From contig JBKQRV010000093.1 of NCBI GenBank assembly GCA_052143835.1, forward strand, positions 3,135 through 67,134: DNA of 64,000 bases, in the 5' to 3' direction. A program made the translations under genes and the position numbers. Below the pieces are notes generated by a model. It was given only the letters and a program-made list of their open reading frames with translations, ran no database searches and was not told where the DNA came from. Shown piece after piece: positions 58,567 to 64,000 of this stretch (its first letter is position 1; each line of letters starts with the position of its first letter). Origin of the DNA: Alphaproteobacteria bacterium. Lineage in GTDB: Bacteria; Pseudomonadota; Alphaproteobacteria; JACZXZ01.

Positions 58567-60857
58567 TGCTCGACTCCAGACGGCTCATGCTGGCCGTCGC
58601 GTTTGCCTGGGCGGCGCTCCACCTCGCCTTCCTCGGACAATTCATCTATCACGACAGCTGGAAGCACAACTTTCCCATGCTCTACGACCTCGCGCAGCAG
58701 AGCAGCTGCCGCGGCCTACCGTCTTGGCTCTGGACTCCCGATAGCGGCACGCCGACGCTTATCTACGTCATCAGCACGAGCTTGACGCAGATTCTGCGCG
58801 CGCCGGCGCTTTATCTTCTGGGCTGCGTGCATCCCGGTCTCGTCGCCAGCGTTTATTACCACAAGGCGGTTACCTATCTCGGCTACTTCGGCTTGGCGCT
58901 CGGCATGTACGTGCTCGGCAGGCTGCTGCTCCAGCACCGCATGTCGGCGGTCTATCTGTTCGCCGCGACCCTCTTCGCCGGGCTTTGTCTCCAGGCGGCT
59001 CATTCCGACCAGGTCGTCACCATCACTTTCTGGTTTCCTTGGACGGCTGCCTGCGGCGTGCTCTACCACCGCCATTACGACTCCTTGAGCGGAAGTCGCT
59101 ATCTCAATCTCGCCGTTCTTTTCGTCTGCCTGCAGTCGTTCGACCAATATCCCCACTTCCAGGTCATTGCCGTCGGAGCCGCGGCCGCGATTTACGCGCT
59201 CTTCGAGCGGCGGCGCGCGCTCGCGGCCCTTCGCATGCACTGGCGGCGGCTTTGGCCTTCGGCGCTCGTGCTCGGCTTGACGATCTCGCATTTCCTGATC
59301 TTACGCGGCGCCGTGAGCGGCTACGCGCCGTCCCTGCGCACCGCCCTCGTCGTCGACCCCACCCTTTTCAGCGAAAGCGGTTTCGTGCAGCCAACAGCCT
59401 TGATCGGCAGCATCCTGCCGACCAGTCTGCTTGCCGGTTTCGAGGCGCTTAAAAGCGACATGGAAAACTTCTTTGAGTATTTGCGGGTGGCCCCGCATAC
59501 GGCTTGGTCAATCTTCCGCCTCGACGAGCTCGCCTTCTATGTCGGCGTCGTGCCACTCGTGCTTGCTGCCGTCTTCCTGTTGCGCCCGGGCATGGCGAGA
59601 TTGAGGCTCGGCTGGGTCATTTGGATCACCGTGATCTTTGCCGTGTCGCTGGAGCAGACGCGACTGTATCTCTTCTTGTTCCACTACGTCCCCTTCTTCG
59701 ATCTGTTCCGCTCGTACTTCCTGTTCATTCTGTTCGTGATGCTGGGCGTCCTCGTGATCAGCGCTTACGGCTTCGACGCGGTCCTGACCCTGCCCGACGT
59801 TGCGCGCCGCGCGGTGCTGCGGCGCGCCGGCCTCGCCCTTTTCATCATGGTTCTCGGGGCGGTCATCGCGCTCCTGTCGATGGCTGCTTTCGATCCGAAT
59901 CCCTTGCATCTGTTATTGACCCTCAAGGGGCCGCTTCTCAGGGACCTTCTCATCACTGCAGCCGCATACCCGGCGCTCCTTTACGCGGCATGGCCGAACG
60001 TTCTGCCTGAGCGCCGGGGCCTTGCCTTGATCGCGGTCATGGTGCTTTCGCAGGTGATTTACACGGCGGGCACCTATTCTCAGGTCGCGATCGCGCAGCC
60101 GCGGCTTTTCGCCGAATTCGGGCTCGAGCGCTCCGAGTTGGAGCCCTTCGATGCCGCGATCCGCGGCGACCCCAATGCGGTCCAAAGAAAGCTCTGCGCG
60201 CAATTCGCCGAGTGTTACCTCTCGCGCCGGCCGTCGGTGTCGCTCCGTCGCGACCTCGAGGGCACGTTCTTGCGGTCGCGGCGCGGGGCCGTGTTCGTTC
60301 GGCACCTCAGCCTGCCCGTCGCCGAGGCCCTGCTGGGGTTGACGATGCCGGTATTCTGGACCAGCCGTCACCTCGAGGAAATCGATTCGGATGACTCCCT
60401 CGTTGAGCGCCTAAATGCCCACGATACGGACATCGCGCTCTTTCTTCGCGAGGTCGCCTATGTCAAGAAGCGCGCCTTCGAAAAGCTCGCGGCCGGCCAG
60501 GATGCGGGCGGGGAATGGGCGGATCACGTCGAGCTGCGCAAGCTGGAGTGGGGCCGGGATGTCGTCCGGCTTTCATACAATGCCGATAAGCCGGTGCTCT
60601 TGAATGCCTCGATCACCTGCACGTCCGAGTGGACGGCCAGCGTTGACGGCAAGGAGATTCCGCTCGTTTGCGCCAACGTCGATGGACTCTTGCTGCGGCT
60701 GCCGCCAGGTGCAGGGACCGTCACGCTCCACTATCGAGACCGCTGGAGCGATTTCGTATTCGACACGCGGTATGTGCTTTTGGCAATCGCCCTCTTCGGC
60801 ATCATACGGTTGGCGGGAGCGGCTCTGCGGCGGCGTTCGGCCGCTTTGCGCCCCTGA
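58563..60857 (+). CDS. YfhO-like large membrane protein (putative GT-C-type glycosyltransferase), paralog 2
   Basis: Colinear with 25795..28209 (HSDQ(V/T)V.I.FW.PW, RKLC..FA.CYLS.R, terminal TM YVLLAIALFGIIRL). The ATG overlaps the upstream stop (ATGA). Confidence 0.5.
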   Translation: MMLDSRRLMLAVAFAWAALHLAFLGQFIYHDSWKHNFPMLYDLAQQSSCRGLPSWLWTPDSGTPTLIYVISTSLTQILRAPALYLLGCVHPGLVASVYYHKAVTYLGYFGLALGMYVLGRLLLQHRMSAVYLFAATLFAGLCLQAAHSDQVVTITFWFPWTAACGVLYHRHYDSLSGSRYLNLAVLFVCLQSFDQYPHFQVIAVGAAAAIYALFERRRALAALRMHWRRLWPSALVLGLTISHFLILRGAVSGYAPSLRTALVVDPTLFSESGFVQPTALIGSILPTSLLAGFEALKSDMENFFEYLRVAPHTAWSIFRLDELAFYVGVVPLVLAAVFLLRPGMARLRLGWVIWITVIFAVSLEQTRLYLFLFHYVPFFDLFRSYFLFILFVMLGVLVISAYGFDAVLTLPDVARRAVLRRAGLALFIMVLGAVIALLSMAAFDPNPLHLLLTLKGPLLRDLLITAAAYPALLYAAWPNVLPERRGLALIAVMVLSQVIYTAGTYSQVAIAQPRLFAEFGLERSELEPFDAAIRGDPNAVQRKLCAQFAECYLSRRPSVSLRRDLEGTFLRSRRGAVFVRHLSLPVAEALLGLTMPVFWTSRHLEEIDSDDSLVERLNAHDTDIALFLREVAYVKKRAFEKLAAGQDAGGEWADHVELRKLEWGRDVVRLSYNADKPVLLNASITCTSEWTASVDGKEIPLVCANVDGLLLRLPPGAGTVTLHYRDRWSDFVFDTRYVLLAIALFGIIRLAGAALRRRSAALRP

Positions 60858-61034
60858 GTCTGGTTCCAGCGGCACCCCTGCCCGCCTTAATCGCCAAGGG
60901 GCAGGCGCCGGCACGGCAAACGGTTTTGCAAATTTTGCGGTTTGCGTTGACATCGATTGGCCAAAGACAGAAAACTCTAGGGCTTCCTCTGAGGCTTCTT
61001 GCGCGGTAATCGGGGGAACGCTCGAAGGTCGGAC

Positions 61035-61916
61035 ATGGAAACACGGGCAAACGTGGTGGCACAGGCCGGTTACGGGTCTCCGCACAACGTGCACGCCGAG
61101 GTTTTAGCCTGCCCGCGCTGTCATGCCGGCTCGCTGCGCATGGCAGGAGACAAGTTCCGCTGCCCCCAGTGCGGCTTCGAGGGCGGCTACAGGAACGACG
61201 TCTATCTTGTCATGGACGACAGGAGCAAATCCTATTTCGACGAACTGCATGGGACGATGACCGCGCAGAACGCTAAGGAAGGCGTCAACGAGGTGTTCTA
61301 CGCCAAGCAGTTCGCCTACATCGAGGAAATCCTTCAACCGGGAATGACGATCGTCGATATCGGATGCGGCCCTTCCGTCGGCTACCGGCGTCCGCCGGGG
61401 AGCCTCCTGATCGGGGTCGATCCCTCCTACGAATCGATCGCCGTGAACCGTAGCGTCGATCTTCGTATTTTCGGCGGCGCCCAAGCCCTGCCGATCGCCA
61501 CCGCTTCGGTCGACGTCGTCGTCTGTTTTTATTCGATCCATCACATGATCGGCTCGTCGATCTCGGAAACCCGCGACAACGTCTCCGCCGCCTTTAGGGA
61601 GTTCAAGCGCATCGTCAAACCCGGCGGCAAGATCGTGATCTTCGAAGTGAACCCGTATTGGTTGTTCTGGGCCGCCGAGCAGCTATTTTGGGGCTTGACG
61701 CGCCGCTTGTTCGGCAAGGCCATCGATTTTTACTTCTGGTCGCGGCACGGATTGAAACAGCTCGGACGCCAATATCTTGGAAGCGCGGAGCTGGAAACCG
61801 AGCACTATCGCGCCCCGTGGCGGACGACCTTTCCGCCGGCATTCTCCATCCAGTGGCTTCGCATGCCGTTTCTCCTCTATCCCTTCCATGTCGCGCGCTA
61901 CAGCTGGACCCTTTGA
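61035..61916 (+). CDS. Trm112-like zinc-ribbon + class I SAM methyltransferase
   Basis: CPRCHAGS..CPQCGFEGGYRNDVYLVM; IVDIGCGPS; VDVVVCFYSIHHM; VKPGGKIVIFE. Start taken at METRANV; track TTG at 60999. Confidence 0.65.
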   Translation: METRANVVAQAGYGSPHNVHAEVLACPRCHAGSLRMAGDKFRCPQCGFEGGYRNDVYLVMDDRSKSYFDELHGTMTAQNAKEGVNEVFYAKQFAYIEEILQPGMTIVDIGCGPSVGYRRPPGSLLIGVDPSYESIAVNRSVDLRIFGGAQALPIATASVDVVVCFYSIHHMIGSSISETRDNVSAAFREFKRIVKPGGKIVIFEVNPYWLFWAAEQLFWGLTRRLFGKAIDFYFWSRHGLKQLGRQYLGSAELETEHYRAPWRTTFPPAFSIQWLRMPFLLYPFHVARYSWTL

Positions 61917-62135
61917 TGCCGGCCCGATGAGGCCAATGCGTAGCGAGGCTCATGGTTGGAGCCCTAGCTTGAAATCGCGCGACACCCTCGGTAAGGAGAG
62001 TGGAGAATCGGAGTGCAGTGCGCCGGCTGCTGCGGGCAAATGGGGGGTGATCGCCTCTAGCGGTCGCGCGCGCCGCGGTCTCGACAGCGCCCGCGTCCTC
62101 AGGCGACGAGCGAATAGAGCCATCTCTTGGTGCCC

Positions 62136-64000
62136 ATGTCGTTTCCTGGCTCTGCCCCGGCAATGCAAAGGATCATGAAAGCGTTCGGCGCGGCGGAGTT
62201 GCCGGGCTCGAGCCGGGTCACGGCCGCTGCCGAGAAGCTCGCCTGCTTGCTTTGGCCCGTGTGGGCGTCCGTCGCGGCCTGGGCGGACCGGGCCGGCAGC
62301 TGGGTAAACGACGACAGACGTTCCCTCTTCGGGATGCTGACCGCGATCGCGGCGGTCTTCTCCATCGATGCGGCGCTCGAGATCTTCGGCGATCCGTCGG
62401 TTTTGCTCATAGTCATCGCGTGCCCGTTCGTGGCTCTCTTGCTGCTGCGGGTCGACATGGCGCTGCCGTCGAAAAGCGGCGTCTCAGGCGAGAGATTGGG
62501 TGCGCTTGCCGCCTTTCTCTTCATGCTGGGGCTATGGAGAATCGTCGCCACGCTGTGGTCTCGCGCCGGAGGCTTTTTCGGCATCCGGGAGACCGGCGAA
62601 TCTGCTTCGATATTTCTTTCGAGCTACCAAGTCAGGGACCTGACATCCTTCTTTCTGCAAGAGGTCGCCGCGAGCTCGGATCCGGCCGCCTTGGGCTTTT
62701 ACTACATTCACCATCCCAATTTCATCTCGCGGCTGTTCACCATGGCCGGCATCGCGCTCGGCATGACGCAGGAGCGCATCATTCTCGCCTGTTTCATGGT
62801 TTCCATGGTCGCGCTGTTTTTGGGGTTCCTGGCGCTGCGGCGGCTTTTCGGCCCCGGGCTGGCGGTAGCCGCAATCGGGTTCTTCGGAACCTCCTATGGC
62901 ATCTTCGTTCGTCAGGGCGGCGATCTCTTGCGCGGCTTTCACATGGCGATGTTTTGGATCCTGGTTTACCTGACCGCCCTGCAAAAAGACGCGCCGGCGC
63001 GGGGGGCCGTCGGCGTGAACATGGCGCTTGCGGTCCTCTTCGTCCTCATTGCCTCCTCGGATTGGGCGTTTCTCGTTTTCTGTTTGGCGTTCTACGTCAT
63101 GTGGCACATCTACGCCTCTCGCGGATTCGCGTTCCGCCACCTGTTCTCGTGGGTTTTCCTGCCGGTGGCGCTGACCTTCACGGCCTATTTCAGCGCTGTC
63201 GTCGCGCATACGGGGTTGCGCTTTTTCGCCCTCGATACGTTGGTCAGCTATTTTGGCCGCATGGGCAACGTGCTTTCGGGACCGCTTCTCAGGCAGGTTT
63301 GGGACCCCGAGAAATTCCGGCAGCTGTACCAGTCAAAGCACATCGTCATGTGGGATGCCAACGCCGTTCCCGCCGGCACGCACCAGGCCATCGGCGCCTA
63401 TTGGCGAGCCATGACTGCGGGCGGTTTCCTGCTCGCGGGTCTCTTGGTGATCGCCTTCATCGGTTGTTGCACGGCCATGGTGCTCCGCATTTCGACGGAC
63501 CGGCTCGCCCGTGGCGCCATATTGGCGCTCTGGGCAGCGATATGCCTGGGAGTGGCGCCCTTCGGATGGGTGATCGTTTTGATCGGCTGTCTCATCCTTG
63601 CTCTGCCCAGATTGCGCTTGGGGCCCATTGATGCGGCGGCCGAGCCGGCCGGGCGAGACCGGCTTCTTCGCGATCTCGCGGCTTGGATCACGATTTGCCT
63701 GAGCGCCGTGGCAATCACCGCAATAGCGTTTCCCAATTACGTCTTTTGGCTTTGGGACCGCGGCGTCTCGCCCGTAGGTCTTGCCGATTCGCTCGCCTTT
63801 GCGTTGATCTGCCATCTTCTCGTCTGCGGCGCTCGACCAGAGGTATGGCGGCGTGCGCTCCGGCTGGAACCTCAGCTTGCACTATCGTCCTTCGCCGGAG
63901 GGGCGGGCGGGGAGGGCCAAGCGAGCCGGCAGGGCGAGCTCGCGTCTCTACGACCTCCCGAGGAGCGGGCTGCTCTCGGCAATACCCTCTGGCGAGGTGC
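62136..64000 (+). CDS. Polytopic membrane protein, function unknown; 3' end beyond window (not in ORF track because it has no in-window stop)
   Basis: The frame is open from the TAG at 62115 to nt 64000. ATGs at 62136, 62163 and 62175. At least 12 hydrophobic segments. The competing listed ORF 62252..63631 is an Arg-rich off-frame artefact. Confidence 0.5.
   Translation, partial: MSFPGSAPAMQRIMKAFGAAELPGSSRVTAAAEKLACLLWPVWASVAAWADRAGSWVNDDRRSLFGMLTAIAAVFSIDAALEIFGDPSVLLIVIACPFVALLLLRVDMALPSKSGVSGERLGALAAFLFMLGLWRIVATLWSRAGGFFGIRETGESASIFLSSYQVRDLTSFFLQEVAASSDPAALGFYYIHHPNFISRLFTMAGIALGMTQERIILACFMVSMVALFLGFLALRRLFGPGLAVAAIGFFGTSYGIFVRQGGDLLRGFHMAMFWILVYLTALQKDAPARGAVGVNMALAVLFVLIASSDWAFLVFCLAFYVMWHIYASRGFAFRHLFSWVFLPVALTFTAYFSAVVAHTGLRFFALDTLVSYFGRMGNVLSGPLLRQVWDPEKFRQLYQSKHIVMWDANAVPAGTHQAIGAYWRAMTAGGFLLAGLLVIAFIGCCTAMVLRISTDRLARGAILALWAAICLGVAPFGWVIVLIGCLILALPRLRLGPIDAAAEPAGRDRLLRDLAAWITICLSAVAITAIAFPNYVFWLWDRGVSPVGLADSLAFALICHLLVCGARPEVWRRALRLEPQLALSSFAGGAGGEGQASRQGELASLRPPEERAALGNTLWRG

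Noticed and set aside
62252-63631. 459 aa Arg-rich ORF listed in track
   Set aside because: A different frame is open from 62136 to the window end and encodes a plausible multi-TM protein. The listed ORF is its off-frame shadow.
1-64000. Mobile elements, CRISPR arrays, tRNA/rRNA genes
   Set aside because: I looked for transposase or integrase signatures (DDE, tyrosine recombinase motifs), direct repeat arrays and tRNA-like cloverleaf regions in the gaps. None were found. The duplications present are gene-family paralogs, not IS copies.

Overview
This is a GC-rich (about 65%), densely coding 64 kb window, probably alphaproteobacterial, with most genes on the + strand. I found no rRNA, tRNA, CRISPR array, transposase or integrase. 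Nearly the whole window is one very large glycan (surface polysaccharide or LPS-like) biosynthesis and modification locus. It has three recognisable parts.

(i) A nucleotide-sugar tailoring block. A TPP-dependent E1 alpha/beta pair, two DegT-family PLP enzymes and a PIG-L-type deacetylase sit together. Later in the window come a TylCIII-type sugar C-methyltransferase and a GMD-family short-chain dehydrogenase.

(ii) Transferases and modifiers. There are five GT2 polyprenyl-phosphate-sugar-synthase-like glycosyltransferases, two of them fused to SAM methyltransferases in opposite domain orders. There are nine stand-alone class I SAM methyltransferases, five with N-terminal CxxC..CxxC zinc ribbons. 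One MBOAT (AlgI/DltB-like) is followed by three AlgJ/DltD-like periplasmic partners. There are also two acyltransferase-3 proteins, a membrane fatty-acid desaturase and an LPG-synthase-TM flippase-like protein.

(iii) At least 13 large polytopic membrane proteins of unknown function, in paralogous families. Family A has six members that share an RFLxY..LD..R..L.P..S..W..LY(R/K) motif. A B-type partner protein occurs twice, each time paired with an A gene in an A+B module. Two proteins have YfhO-like architecture. Three more do not group with any of these, two of which run off the window ends.

No Wzx, Wzy, Wzz, ABC exporter or priming phosphotransferase is recognisable in the window. This suggests assembly on polyprenyl-phosphate carriers by the periplasmic-facing membrane paralogs, which may be GT-C-like.

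Many adjacent genes are translationally coupled through ATGA or ATGnnTGA overlaps. Start coordinates are approximate to within a few nt. The ORF track evidently uses GTG and TTG starts as well as ATG, so several starts were re-picked. All functional calls rest on motif recognition by eye.
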